A stretch of DNA of 64,000 nucleotides from Bugula neritina. Lineage: Eukaryota; Animalia; Bryozoa. Each line of letters opens with the position of its first letter. Position 1 is the stretch's first letter. A model generated the notes under the pieces. It made no database searches, had not been told where the DNA came from, and saw only the letters and a program-made list of their open reading frames with translations. Where the stretch lies: NCBI GenBank assembly GCA_964035545.1, contig OZ037769.1:13422633-13486632 (forward strand), read 5' to 3'. The position numbers were made by a program, and so were the translations under genes. Shown in pieces: positions 1-13,500 of this stretch.

Positions 1-125
1 AGACTAGCCTAGTATCTAGAATAGTGTTTTAAACCACTATAAGGCTATTTTCAGAAATATAGCCTAGCTGCATGCTCAGGTCTAACATGGATGCCTTACT
101 TAAAATACTATTTTTTTCTACTCAC

Positions 126-1823
126 CTCTATAGGTGATATTAAACCTATCAGCAATTCTCATGTAGTCCGAATAAAAGTGCACATCTAGCGACGTCTTTC
201 CTCGAACATAAACGGATGTATTGTCCTGCGTGGCCGGGTCACAAATGCTGGTATCTGAACCATCTACTTTTATATAGGCATTCCCAGTTTTGCAGTTCGA
301 AAATCCATTTACACAATCATACATGTATTGGCAAGACAGAGTAAATGTTTCCACTTTGAGTTCAAACCAGGAATATTCTGGAATACCAGTAAGTGTCAGC
401 GTGCAGTTGACTTTACGTGCTGACTGAATTTGTGGACTGATTATGCTACCTTCAGTACCAGCTTCAACCCCCTGTGGTGATGTGTCACACATTGTATGCG
501 AAGCACCTGAAATCAAACATCGCGTGGGAGTCTTAATAAGACAAAAAAAGATTAGAAATATCAAAGGCATCTATATGATACAACTGACAAATTATAAAAA
601 GTATACATTATAAACTATGTTACTGGCCCCAAATCAATAAACCAGGATTCCCAAACGTAGAAGTTTATTGAAGGTTATACTTCGTGTTGAACTTGCTGCA
701 TGGTAAACTTGCTGATAAACTTGTTGATAAACTTGCTGGTAAAAACTCTTGGGTCCTTCATACACAGTGCCAGTAAATAATATATTGTCAAACCAGTAGA
801 TTAATAAAATAGTAAGTACAGTTTTGTTAAAGAGTACTGCCAACTGAATGTATTGAGTTTTTTGAGTGTTTATATGCTCTGATTGTTGTTACTGTACCAG
901 GTAAAAACATATTGCATAAACAACTATTGTCCCTGAAAAATACCACAATGATTGTGTCCCAAAACATAGTAAACATTCACTGGGTAGCCTCAGGGTACCA
1001 ACCCAGCCCGGTAGAGGTAGGGCAAGAATGACAGCCACCCCAACTACAATGACCTAACCACAATTTTCTAATAGTCAGCACAAGGTAGATGAGTAATGCC
1101 TGCTGACGTATGTCACCTAAACATAGTTAGGTCATTGTGGGCAACACACAACCAGTTGCAAACTATGTGAGATGTTTTACTACATTTAGGTACAGCAGAG
1201 ATATAGAAAAGCTTCAATTGCCTGAGCCGTTTAATTAACTCTATGAATTTTGATTCTGAAGAGCAAATTGAAATTCTATGGAGAACATAACATCTTTTAG
1301 TTATTTCTATCATCCAAAACACAGGCTTTTACCTGTAACTTCTTAGACACGTTTAATACCAAGTATATGTACTTCAAGACCACAACTTGCACTATGCATC
1401 TAACTCAAAGTGTTACATATTTTCTCAGTATAAAAGTAACTTGTATAATAATCAATACATGTTTGTTGAAGCATATAAAATACACTCCAGTATGATCAAA
1501 AAGAAAAGAATTGCAAATCCTTTATAACTACTTTTCTTTAATGTATACATTTAAACTAGACGCAAGATAAATCAGAAGCTTGCAGACATTCTTGTAGCAA
1601 AAAAAGTTGCTCTCTTTCTACATGTTGCTTTAAAACTGAGTTATAAAATAACAAAAATACAAATAATATGTTTATGATTATGTAATACAACTAATATCAC
1701 TAGCTCAACAAAATCCAACTAGCATGTAAGGATATTTTACATACCATTAGCACCGCACTTCATTATATCCAGGAAGAAGGTAAAGAAGATGAAAATCCTG
1801 TATGTGTTTTTCTGTTTAGTCAT
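126..1823 (-). CDS. CUB-domain receptor paralog D, 5' part only (signal peptide exon + CUB1 exon); gene continues off the left edge
   Basis: Exon 1823-1745 encodes MTKQKNTYRIFIFFTFFLDIMKCGAN (signal peptide, GT donor, phase 1). Exon 506-126 (381 nt, AG/GT, phase 1-1) encodes a CUB fold: C..GSIISP..NCTLTL..ICD..VHFYSD..FNITY. Near-identical to the matching exons of genes B and C. Confidence 0.85.
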
Positions 1824-3229
1824 TGCGCTATTTTAAAAATACTCTAAAACACAAAATTATGCAAATGAACTATTTTTATACACAGAGTTCCATCAGATTA
1901 TCTACGGTATATGACCAACTACGGGCCTTAATTGTGATTTGGCAATCATTAAGAATAGTAGAAATCTTATTTCTCACAAAACTGAAAGTTCGGCTTTTTT
2001 TTCATTTCTACTCTAGTTTATTTATGTGACAAACGCAGCAACCTCTCAATCATTAATTCTTAAAATGTTAAAATGTTTTTACAGCTATTGTGCTGTGAGG
2101 TTCCATTCTGGCAGTTGTTTCCCCTTTGATTTGAACTTTCACAGAAAACCCGTGATAATCACCTGTATCATTAACTCGGGAATCAAAAGCCTGAAATCTT
2201 CAATATTTATAAAATGAATTTGATACAAAATATTTTAGCAAAACAGTAGAGCCATGTAATATAACAGAATAAAATTTCCAAGCCCTACCTTTGACTCTTT
2301 GCACTTCTTGTATTCAACACAGAAAAGTAAACGTGTTTTTTAAAGTTTTGCTACATCGGTTGCTTCTAAGGGTGTAACTAGGTGTATGTATTATGCAACA
2401 GCTATAGGTAAGGAGCATAGCTTAGTCAAGGCAATAAAAAGTTGAGTTTTCCAACTTCCTTGTTACTTACAAAGAAATAGTCAGGTGTGTTTGAATTAGT
2501 CTGAAGTATAATAGAATTTGGAATCTCAACAATGAATAGAATTACTAGTCAAGTGTTAACCATATAATAATAGCCTCCTTAATTGTTTAACCTGATGGAA
2601 AGGACTTTCTTAGTGGGTAAGGGACTGTTTTTTATTGTGGCAAAAAACAATTATGACTGCATGCTCTTCCTAACATCACTATAGCTTTTAGTGGGTTTTG
2701 TACCACCAACTTTGCATTTATTGGGCCAGGACTCTAACCGCTAGACCAGTGGTTCCCAACCTGGGGGGAATTCCCCCCCTAGGGGGGAATTTGGACATTT
2801 TAGAGGGGGAATTTGGATTTTGAAAAATTCACGCAATTTGACGTTTTTGAGCTCTTGCAAGTTACATGTATATGCATATCTATAAATCTTCATCTTAGTT
2901 CATCTATTTAACCAAACCATATTCTGCAATCTCAATTTACTTCTACATGAATGTGTTTATTAATTACTCTACCCTAGCTGTTCTCTGTGCTACTTCGAAT
3001 GAAGGTCAAAGATATATCTTTGCATATATGCAAAAACCAACAGGCCAACTTTTAGAAGCCATGCAAGTCAATCTTTATGAACTGTATACTACATACCTAG
3101 TGAATATATTTGCTACACTAAATAATCTGAACTCAGAAATGCAGGAGTGCAATCATCATATCATTGCCTTTTATAGCAGCAACAATGTTTTCAAAGTTAC
3201 ACTAAAGAGGTGGAAACCTGTTCGATTTT

Positions 3230-3416
3230 AGGTAAAAATGGCACAGGTAAAAATTGCACACTGGTGTTAAATTTTTCTAAACCCAAACCTCCAACTCCCC
3301 CATCCTGAACGCCTAACCCCTAACTCAAATCTACAATGCTAATATTGCAAATGTGCCATTTTTACTTAATTTTCCATTTGTGCCATTATTACTTGCACCA
3401 TTTTTACCGGACACCA
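3230..3416. mobile_element. MITE with GGTAAAAATGGCACA subterminal repeats, nested in the hAT
   Basis: Inverted arrays AAAAATGGCACA / TGTGCCATTTTT around a CCCTAA-like core. Oppositely oriented copy at ~3680-3937 and partial copy at ~49160-49275. Ends approximate. Confidence 0.6.
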
Positions 3417-3679
3417 CCTGTTCCAGATCATTTTTCAACAAAAACTTCTAGGCATCTCTCCGAACTTTTAATGGAGTTTTAACGGTATTTCTCTGAGTTA
3501 CTTCCCGAGCTATACCTCCCGAAAAGATAAGAGCTAGATTCTTAACTTGACATGTGACCCATTGCAACGCTTTGTTTAAAAGTTTTTGAGAGGAATTACA
3601 GGAGGATTTTATCGAGTTGGTTCACAATTCATCAATGAAGGATGATTTGAAATTTTCTCCAGTTGATGTATTGTGGGTA

Positions 3680-3937
3680 GTGTCCAGTAGAAATGGCACA
3701 GGTAATAATGGCACAAATGGAAAACTAGGTAAAAATGGCACATGTTTTCAATATTGGGGCGGGGATTTGGAGTTTGAAAAAGGGGCTTGATGTGAGGATT
3801 TTGGGTTTGTACTTGGGGTTCTGGAGTTTGGGGTGAAGGGTTTGGGCTTTGAGTTTGGAAAAATTTAACATCAGTGTGCCATTTTTACCTACTTTTCCAT
3901 TTGTGCCATTTTTACATGCACCAGTTTTATCTAAACC
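3680..3937. mobile_element. Second copy of the AAAAATGGCACA MITE
   Basis: Same inverted subterminal repeats, opposite orientation to 3230-3416. Ends approximate. Confidence 0.6.
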
Positions 3938-5689
3938 CATTCTGGGTTTCAACAAGCAAACTCTTCCCACACATAGCTGACAAAGCAGAGTTTTGGTGCC
4001 ATCCAGCATCACCTATCCGTGTGACTTAGGATTCTTATTAATTCAAAGGGAAGAGAAACTGCCTTAACCTGCAGAGTCACTTAGGATGGGCCTGGTCTAA
4101 CACAAAGCCAGGCTTAAGCAAGCTGGCACAAAAGCATCAAATGAAGTCATAGCATTAATAATTGAACTGCTCTGTGTTTTATAACATAATACTATCGATA
4201 ATATTACTAATATGATAATTATATTATATACAAATATAATAGAACAAAATATATTACATTGTATCATATTATTCAGTAAGTCATAAAATCTTTTCGCTCT
4301 TCAAAGGGGGGAAATTAATAGTCAACATTTATGAAAGGGGGGAATAGTATGAAAAAGGTTGGGAACCGCTGCGCTAGACCATAGCTGATCCCTAATAGCC
4401 TCAACCAATCAAATAATGTGAGTAAGACAACTCCAAAACAGATCTTTATGCTAATAATACGCAATACTTTACTTTGTATAGCATCCTTATTGCTGGCTTT
4501 GCTTCATTTACTTTGAAATATGTATTTTGGCAAAAAGAGATAATCTATTTACACAAAGTATAACATGGTGTGTCTCATGACGGTACATCTTACTTCAAAC
4601 TCATAAATATTATTTGCCGATAACGAATGCTTTCATAGCAAATCAATGTGCAGTTTGTAAAAAACTGCTACTCTCATAAGGAATAGAGAAGACAACTTCT
4701 AGTAACACTGTAAAGGAATCAGTGTGCAACAGTTGACCTCCAACAATAAAAAATTGGTGCTTCATTTTCAAATAAATCTGAAAAAAAAAGAAATGAATAA
4801 TTAATTTTTCTTTCTGAATAAACACACAAAAACGATTATAATTCTTTATTCAGTCGTTATGCAAAAACATGGGAAGACAATTTCTAAAGATTTTAAGATC
4901 TAGAGTTTGTATACAATTTTTTCAGATATTTTTTTGAAAACTTGAAACAATTAATTGAAGTGGGCATTTTTAATAGTTTTGTTATTCAGTGTTGACACTG
5001 TGTTGCAAAATACATATTTAGATGCTGAAAATACATGGGAATAAATCTTGAACAAGCCAATAATTTAGCAGTAGGAGTTATGTTTTCTTGTTATCAGACT
5101 GTATTAATAAAATTGCCATGGATTCATACCAGTAACTGAAAGCAAACATAAACACTAGATGATTACCAACACATTAATATATTTGTTTTCAGTATACAAA
5201 ATTCAAAATTAGATTGCAACATTAAGGTAGGTAATTAAAAATATTCAAACTTTTAATTCATACACAAATGTGTAGCTGAGAATTTTGAGAGGTTTGGAGA
5301 TTAAGGAACAGATACAAGTGCATGCATGGTCACATAATTCCCAACAAGTTCAATATAAAGCATTGAGTGCTACATCAGCAATACCATAATAAAATATTAT
5401 ACAAGAATATTAAAATTATAATGCCTTTGTCTCAATAGAGAAGCACATTTGTAAATATGAAAGTTTGAGCAATCCTAATATCCCTAACAAATATGCATTG
5501 TTTTCCATTCACAAAAGCTGTATCATAATGATTTCAACATATGCAGTTCCTGGTTGAAGAGTGTTCTAGTAGTGTATAGTTTTAAATAAGAAAGTCTTAC
5601 ATTATAACTCCAATGTAAGAACCACTCTGTCATTATTGTACACACGGGTAACACACCATTTACTTCTATTATAGTTACAAAAAAACTTA

Positions 5690-5895
5690 AGCCAGTTTAT
5701 AGTCACTATCTCTGTGAGAAGCCCTGATAGAAAGGGCTTTTGTTAAATCGGGCTAAGGACTTATTCAGATGGGGCGCAGGAGCAATTACGACTGGAGCCT
5801 CTTCCTAACATCACCAATGACCTTTGTCAGGCTTGAACCCAGGACTTCATGTTTACTAAGCAACCGCTCTAGCCCCTAGACCACTGCTACTCCCT
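5690..5895 (-). mobile_element. tRNA-derived SINE
   Basis: Minus strand shows A box TGGTCTAGGGG, B box GGTTCAAGCC and family core GGTGATGTTAGGAAGAG. Related copies at ~2660-2746/4372-4395, ~13485, ~26250, ~28550-28757, ~38100 and ~53477-53685. Confidence 0.65.
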
Positions 5896-6651
5896 TATTA
5901 CCTATATACAACTGATATTAAATCAGATTTCCAGTTGTTCATTACTATAATTGCATTGAACGCAATCACAAAGTGTCACTTTTATTTGACACTTGAGAGT
6001 TTGCATTATTGTGAATTATAGGCAAATTTGATTGATTTCATGCATTGTTTATTACATAAATGGGTATAGAAATATTTAAGATAACAACACATACAAAAAA
6101 GTTTATAACATCATTAAACTCAGGTGGTAAAATCATGATTCAAAGTTATTAAAAATACACAAATTTGGCGACAGTCTGTTATAAATGTGTTTGCATTTAA
6201 AATAAATTTGTATTTTTTAGACTGAACCCAAGAAACAAACTCCATAAATAGGTGAATGCCCAATTATTTAAAAACAATTATAATATTCATATATTAGCTT
6301 ATATAGTGAGCTGTTGGTTATATAGCAACTAATAAAACAGTGACATCTCAATCAATTATCATATTGCTGACTATAATATAATGATACAGAAATATAATAA
6401 TTTAGTAATAATAATTTGCAATAAAAAAAAAGTAATGACAAATATATGAAACGATGGTTAGCTTTATAAAAAGCAAAAACAGTATTATGACATTAAAATT
6501 CAAAAGGTACTTTTTGTTTTTTTTTTGATGCACAAATATTTGAATATAAATTATTAGAAAATGTGGTGCAGTTGGTAGACTATAACATGCTTCTTACTTT
6601 TGAGGATGTGTGTATATAGTTGGAACTTCAGCTAAGTTATCGAGATAGTTT

Positions 6652-6762
6652 TATAAGCAGCTCCGAGTTGGAGTAACTGAGTGCAGTAGTTTGAAGTTGA
6701 GTCCCAAACATGAGAACTACAAACTACTGCACTCAGTCACCTCCAACTCGGAGCTGCTTATA
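6652..6762. mobile_element. Fold-back (hairpin) MITE
   Basis: ~42-bp inverted repeats TATAAGCAGCTCCGAGTTGGAG...CTCCAACTCGGAGCTGCTTATA. Other copies at 29509-29637 and 43206-43343. Confidence 0.75.
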
Positions 6763-6894
6763 GAGCAACGCAACACAGACACCTTTTAGGAAACTTTCGA
6801 ATTCTATTTTGCTGTTTAGATCAGCACTTAAAATACAAAGGCTGCGTTTAGAGAATTCTACTAACTTGCACACAGACACCTGTAGTGTTGAGAT

Positions 6895-6967
6895 TACCCC
6901 GTGGTATAATGGCTAGCGTGTCTGCTTGCAATCCGGAGGTCCCGAGTTCGAATCCCAGTGGGGGCAA
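6895..6967 (+). pseudogene. tRNA-like Pol III cassette (pseudo-tRNA or SINE head); duplicate at 29767-29839
   Basis: A box TGGTATAATGG and B box GAGTTCGAATCC at tRNA spacing, but the D, T and anticodon stems pair poorly. Confidence 0.5.
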
Positions 6968-7355
6968 ATGTTTTATAACTCCTATGCAACTGCATGGATA
7001 CCAACGAAAATGTATAAAAGTATCACATTATTACTGGGTATTTGCATCTATCTAATTGATGATGAATTTGCACTTAGAAATTTAAAAATAAAACTTGCAT
7101 ATTGAAGATAAAAAAAATAGAATAACTTAGCTAAAGTATTTTTATTTTGTAAGCTACTTTCATTCATGACTGTCCAAACATAGTTTTAGTTGCAGCAGCA
7201 GCTCCAACCCTAAGTAAGTGATGATTTATATTATATTATATTATATTATATATTGTTTATATTATATTAAATATTATTGTATTATATGTGATGTAAAGTT
7301 GCTTATACCCATACTAGTTATAGTAAAGTTTTAATTAAGGAACATAAAGCCATTA

Positions 7356-7490
7356 GTGTAGGGCCACACGACACGTGCGAGAAATCTCATTTAGCCCGAA
7401 AATTGGCGTTGCGTGCGGATTTTCAAGCGTCTAACATGCTGAGCGAGAAGTGCGTCACGCTCGTGTAAAACGCGTCGTGTGGCCCTACAC
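7356..7490. mobile_element. PIF/Harbinger (Tourist-like) MITE just downstream of the gene C stop codon
   Basis: TIRs GTGTAGGGCCACACGAC / GTCGTGTGGCCCTACAC with TTA TSD. Empty site in paralog B at ~30221. Confidence 0.85.
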
Positions 7491-7513
7491 TTAATAATAA
7501 CTCCCCTACCGCT

Positions 7514-10500
7514 TTAGACAGTTCTTTTAAAAATGGCCTCATTGTTTTCATACACGGTTTCTGGTACATCAAATATATCTTTGTCATCATCTGAAACAGG
7601 TTTGTTGCTGACTGGATTCTCATATATACCGGGTCTATTGCTCTGTGGGCAGTCACCGACGTTGAAACCACCTGCTGCTTCTCCCTCCTTCAAATCTCTG
7701 GAGCTGACCTCAGCATGCATAGCCTGTGCACCTGATGGACCTGGATGTAGTACTCTGTCATATAAGCCAGGGTTGGATACTTCAGTCTCATAACATATCT
7801 CACTGTCTGGTAAGAAAAATCATGAACTTTTAGCTATAGCCTGCTATAATTGGTTGTCTTAATTTTATATACAAACTGATTGTCTATATCAGGGAGTATC
7901 CTTAACCGTGGGCCACTTTGTAAAATTTAGCTTCAGCGGGGAGGGAGAGGCTGGGGGGCTCCAGCATCAGTATTTATCAGTTTTTTTTTCAAATTACTTC
8001 ATTTTAAATTTTTATGAATCATTACACAATGAAGTCCCCAGGGATTATTGCAGGCTATAATACATGTTTTAAGCGTGTATATAAATAATACATTCAAAAG
8101 GTTATATTTTTCCCCTCTAATTCATATATGTGTGCACAATAATTTTATTTGTTATGCCTTCATTGAGGGTCACATAAATTTAGACTGGGGGCCGCATCCG
8201 ACCCTGGGCCGCCTGTTAGACAGTCCTGTATGGTCTATATATAGTAGGGGTAACGAGGGGGGGGGGCGCACAACGGGCCGAATTTAGCATTTTCTGCTGT
8301 TTTTCAAGTTACTAGCTCAATAACCTCTAGTCTTAATGATGCATCTGTTGTCTATTACAGGTATCAGTTTGTTGTTTCTATTTTTCTCACAACTTTCAGA
8401 ATAATGAAATTTTCATGACGAAAAAATCGGCCCATTGTGCCCCGGTACCGGGGTACAATGGGCCACGGGGTGGGACACAACAAATATATTGAAACTTTGT
8501 GGATTTTGTTGCATCTAATCTTTATTTATTTAATTTTACAAATAAATAAAGATATTCTTTCAGATCTAAAGCAAAATTCATATTTTAGCTGTACAGTTTG
8601 TGCCACCACGGATAGCAGAGGAAGGCAAAATCAAACGCACATCACTCAGTTCTACGGTGCCATTATCATTACTGTTTAGAACTAAAAATATTGTTTTATT
8701 TTGACTTCAGAGGAACTTTTATCAGAAAAAACTTTGGTAACATGTACTACAAAATTCCGAGTAGACTTTTTTCTATAAGCTGTAGCTAAGGTGCATGGCT
8801 TCGGTTTCTGGCTGGAATACGGAAGGGAGATGGGGGAGCAAATGAGCAAATTACAATTTATTTTAGTCAAATACATGAATAATCCAATAATATAATGTAT
8901 AATGAATATCATGACTATCTATTAGTAGCAATAGCAGAGTGCTTTGTATTATGTATAAAATGGCAAAGCTTTAACCTCACCAGATGTATATATTAGGGGA
9001 GCTTCACCTTGTAGTTTGGTAGTCTTACCATGATGTCTTTGATATTTTACAAAAAGGTCAGAAATGGCTATATCTATAGATTTTATTAACATTTCAACCA
9101 ACTTTTTGGGCAAACAAATTAATAACAGTGATCAGGGTGGAATAATCAGGTGACCCATTGTGCCCCGGTCAGTGTGGCCAATTGTGCCCCGTGTGGCCAA
9201 ATTGAAAATAAATATGGCTCAAGGAAAATTTATTTTAGAGTTTGCTGTTATACTAGTTAAGCAATGTAGAGACAAGCAATGGCAACAATATCAGTAAAAA
9301 TTAGGCTTGTTACCTTTGAGTGTAAAAAGTTATAAAGCTTTAATGACATCTTAAACAATTTACAAAAAGTAGGTAAAAACAGTTTTTTACTCGCCTTTTC
9401 AACACGTATGTTCGACAAGTGTTGAAACTACAATGGCTGAATAATCATGTCAATACCTTTTTATGAAAAAAAATCACAACTCTAAGTCAATAAGTTCTCT
9501 CACAATTAGGGTATCTTTTTGTACCCCTATGACCGTTGTGCCTCCCCCCTCCCCGTTACCCCTAATAATTATTTTTACTGTATGAAATAAACCATGTGAA
9601 TCATGCATATACTAGCTAATGATTTATTTATATAATATTTAGCAATTTAATTTATTGAATCAATTGTGTTAAGTTTATGCTTTATTATGTTTTATTACAA
9701 GAATACACGATATACCTCTAAGGCAGTCTTCATCGTTGATAGTACAGTACTCAACTTCTTCAAAGGTGGCGGCGCCATCTGTGCTGGCATGTTGGAGTTT
9801 GTCCTCAAAATGAAGATTGCCTCCTGGTGCCATTGTACAATACTCACTGCTTGTTCCTGGTTTGGTGTTTTTATAGAATACCTTTTTATCTAGAAAAGAG
9901 TTATCATTGAATAAAGTTGTGAACTATTAAAGCTATATGAATTGAAAAGAAACAGCTAGAAGCTAGCATTAAGCCAAGCTCAATGGAGAGTTGGTAAACT
10001 AGGCTAGAGGTAATAAAATGAACCAACAGGAATTTATCTATAAAACAAATTAAATTTCAAAATCGCAAATTAATTGAAACCAAAGATATAATTAAACTAT
10101 TATTCACAATATTAGTGCATTATAAGTGAAGTTGGAAGCTTATACTAGATATACTGAACAAGCATTGTAATTACGATTACAAAAAGTTGTAAAGCATTGA
10201 AATGAAGTCATGAATTGAAGAATACTTTGTGGCAACAAAATTGGGCATTGGGCAGATAGATAACTTCACTTATCACAACCATAAACTAGTTAAAACTATA
10301 GTTTATATTCTATAGTCAGTTTTATAAGAGGTACCTGTTCCAGCTGATCCATTTGTTTGAGTGTTTGCTGCTGACCTAACCAAAATATATTAAATATTTT
10401 CAAATAATTACACCATTGGGTCAAGTCAATGGCTAGCCCAGTTAATTCAAGTTACATGGTCAAAACAAGCAAAATTTTGAGTGAAGCACAACTCAAGCCA

Positions 10501-13500
10501 ATATCATAAATTTGAGTCAAGTTAATTCAAGTTGACTAACATATGCACTTAACTGCAAATCAGTGCGTATTGTTTTATTTAACAGTTGCATAAAATTCTG
10601 AATTGTTGCACAACTTCGAAATTGAATAAAAATAAATTTTAATCATCAAGTCTGTTTATTTTAAACTCATTATTCAATGATGTTGAAATGTTATCTCATT
10701 ACAGTATAGCCAATGAATTTCTCTAACATAATTGAGATTATAATGTGTTCGTTTAAATAATTTTGACTAACCATTATTGAAATGCTGTTAAAATTGTTTA
10801 ACTAATGAAAATTGCATATTGTATACATACATATATACATACATATATAAATACATACATACATACATATTTAGTACTGCATATAGTGTATATACATGTA
10901 TATTACTTACCTTTTACATATACAATACACAATTATTATTTATATTACTATGATAATGCATAGTAGATAAAAATTACATATGCATTACTTTGTAATACAA
11001 CATATTAAATATAAAATATTACTGCATACATTACATATATTATTGCATCCATATTATTACATACACATTACATTATACAAAATACAGCATATTATACATA
11101 CATATTACGGCATATATTACACACATATTACATCTATATTACATGTATATTATAACACTGTTGATCTAATTTACTCAACTCACAATTTCTTCCTTCTCAG
11201 ATAAATGATGACAGCAGCTACAACCACCACCACTACCAGTAATGAAATGCCAACTATAAGACCTGCTTCCAAACTACTCAGTCTTGCAGCAAGTGGATTT
11301 CCTGCTGAAAAAGAGATAAACATGATATATACTAATGATATATCATCATCAGCTTAATATTTTCATGTTGTTCAAAACATAATATTAAGTTAGTTTCTAG
11401 TATATAACTAACATGTATATAGCAGTATATTGCTAAATATATAGCAATTACTGCTAAATATGCAGCAGCAGTACTAGCTATATAGCACCAAGAGATTTTA
11501 GTTGGTAAACAACTTTTTAGATGATTCACCATCAAAGTATACATAAACAGCATTTGAAATTGTTTTTGATGATGTTCAAAATTTCACCACTTTCTTCAAT
11601 TTGAAAGTGTGTTTAATAAAAATACTTTTTTTATAAGTGATAAACAATGTATTTTAGTTCTAAAGTAACATCTGTATATTCAAACAAAATGTGAAATTTT
11701 TCAAGCAAGGGCTAAAACTAATATAACTTTTTAATCTTTAAAGGTATTTCTTAAATTTAATTTGCATTATAACATTTAATTGCTTCAGAATTCATTCTAT
11801 AACTACATGCAAATAATATAGCAAAAATAAGCATAGTATTTCATTTTTACTTATGAAAACATAACAATTCGCGAGCATAAAATGATTAGTGTGTGGACAA
11901 CATACAAAATCACACGATCGTTTTCTGCCCATTTACACTTATACTGATACGAACAGGTCCTCATTAGGTATTTACACCTTTATAGGCTGCATTGAACAGC
12001 AAGTTACTGCTGGCTCAAATCTTAACAGGAAGTGGTAAAACACTCAGCATAAGCTGACCAACAGCAGCAGAGGCAGCTGTGATCTAGGGGCTAGAGCATT
12101 AGTAAAGAGTTTCATCCCAAATGGCCGCTTTCCACTTAGACGCTACTTTTTATTTTGGTACGATATATATGTGGGAAGTGTCTATGTAACTGCATGCCCT
12201 CCTAGACTGACATGAAGGTTTCATACGGGTGTATTTTTTTAGTGTAGTTTATTTTTCACTAAAGTTGTTCACATCATTAACGCCGCAATGCTACAATTTT
12301 TTCATAAAAAAAAGATTAAAATATGAGAGAATAAGAGAAAATTCAACTTAGAGAAGTACATACAACAGTTTGATAAATTGCTTGTTTTATAATTATTAAA
12401 ATATTCAACGTAATAGTACAGATTAGCAAAGTTATAACATATAAAAGCATACCCCTTTCACCCTTTCTAGGAGAGAGTTAGTAGTATAAGTAAGAAATAT
12501 TTTACGCCATGGGCGTTGTGAAAATAGCTAATTTTATATGAGAGTAAATGTGAATAGAACCTTGTCTTCTGAGGGTTTTTACTGTTGTGTCCTGGCTAAG
12601 TGTGTATATCTGTTTTGCACTTATTTTCTTAGTCATGATTTTGAGTGCAATATCAGAATGTGCTTGATTGTAAAGCAGTCGGTTGTTACAGTGAGTGCAG
12701 TCAGTGCAGAATAAAACATTTTACTCTTTCACGTACACGCAATATACCTTGTTAGTGTAGGGCCACACGCCGTGACGTGCGAGAAAACTCGTTTAGCCCA
12801 AAAATTAGACGTCGTGAGCGGGATTTTCATGCATCTAACATGCTGAGTGAGAAGTGCGGCAAGCTCGTGCGTGTTTGATCTAATTAGCTTATTATCATTT
12901 AGCAAGCACACTTATTTTAATTCATTTTAGCTTTAATTCATTTCATTAATTTTAGCTTTTAACGGACTGAATTAAAACAGTTTCATATAGTTTGCATTTC
13001 TGCTTTTGTAATATTTAAAGTCACTTTGCTGATGACGTATTTTAAAAACAAAAGTCTGTAGGCGAGCAGCAAAGTTTAACGCTAACATCATTAGTTAATA
13101 AATTTCTGCACTCGCAACACACGCATTGTGTGTGGCATGTCTATGCGGGTACGGGTTTTCTCGCAAGTCACGGGCGTGTAAAACGCTTAGTGTGACCCTA
13201 CGCTTACACTTACTAAAATGGTCATGAGGATAAAAACAGTGACAAAACAAGTGCTAAAAATACAATAAAGATGGATGATTCATCGCTGTTGGAATATGTG
13301 ACAACACAAAGGTAGTGTGGCAATGTCAGTAAATGCTAAATTGCTAAATGAGATATTATAACAGCTATGAACAAATTGGCAGCAAAGTGTCAGTAAGCAA
13401 ACTAATAAAACTAAATTTATGAAATTTTATTATTTATTACCAAGTACACTACAGTCTATTTGAAATGACACGTAGCAACGGTAGTTGGTGATGTTAAGAA

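Larger units (their letters stand above)
2747..4371 (+). mobile_element. Decayed hAT (Charlie/Buster-like) DNA transposon with nested MITEs
   Basis: TIRs CAGTGGTTCCCAACCT / AGGTTGGGAACCGCTG; exact 8-bp TSD CGCTAGAC (2739-2746, 4372-4379). Transposase-like remnant YLVNIFATLNNLNSEMQ in ORF 2947-3231. Absent from the paralogous regions near 26.3 kb and 38.2 kb. Confidence 0.85.
5256..7345. repeat. Near-identical segmental duplication block (3' flank of gene C; partner ~28116-30225, 3' flank of gene B)
   Basis: By eye the two ~2.1-kb stretches differ only by scattered substitutions and small indels. They share the SINE, hairpin MITE and tRNA-like element. Confidence 0.9.

Noticed and set aside
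507-570. Hydrophobic ORF starts (MPLIFLIFF.., MIFIGVMQFF.., MLLTKFLLF..) that look like signal peptides of single-exon secreted CUB proteins
   Set aside because: They are intron read-through upstream of clear AG acceptors. True signal-peptide exons with matching phase exist (1823, 25368, 37214, 46282).
6895-6967. Functional tRNA gene (Ala/Cys-like anticodon loop)
   Set aside because: T-stem and D-stem mismatches and an ambiguous anticodon loop; more consistent with a SINE head or pseudogene. tRNAscan-SE would decide.
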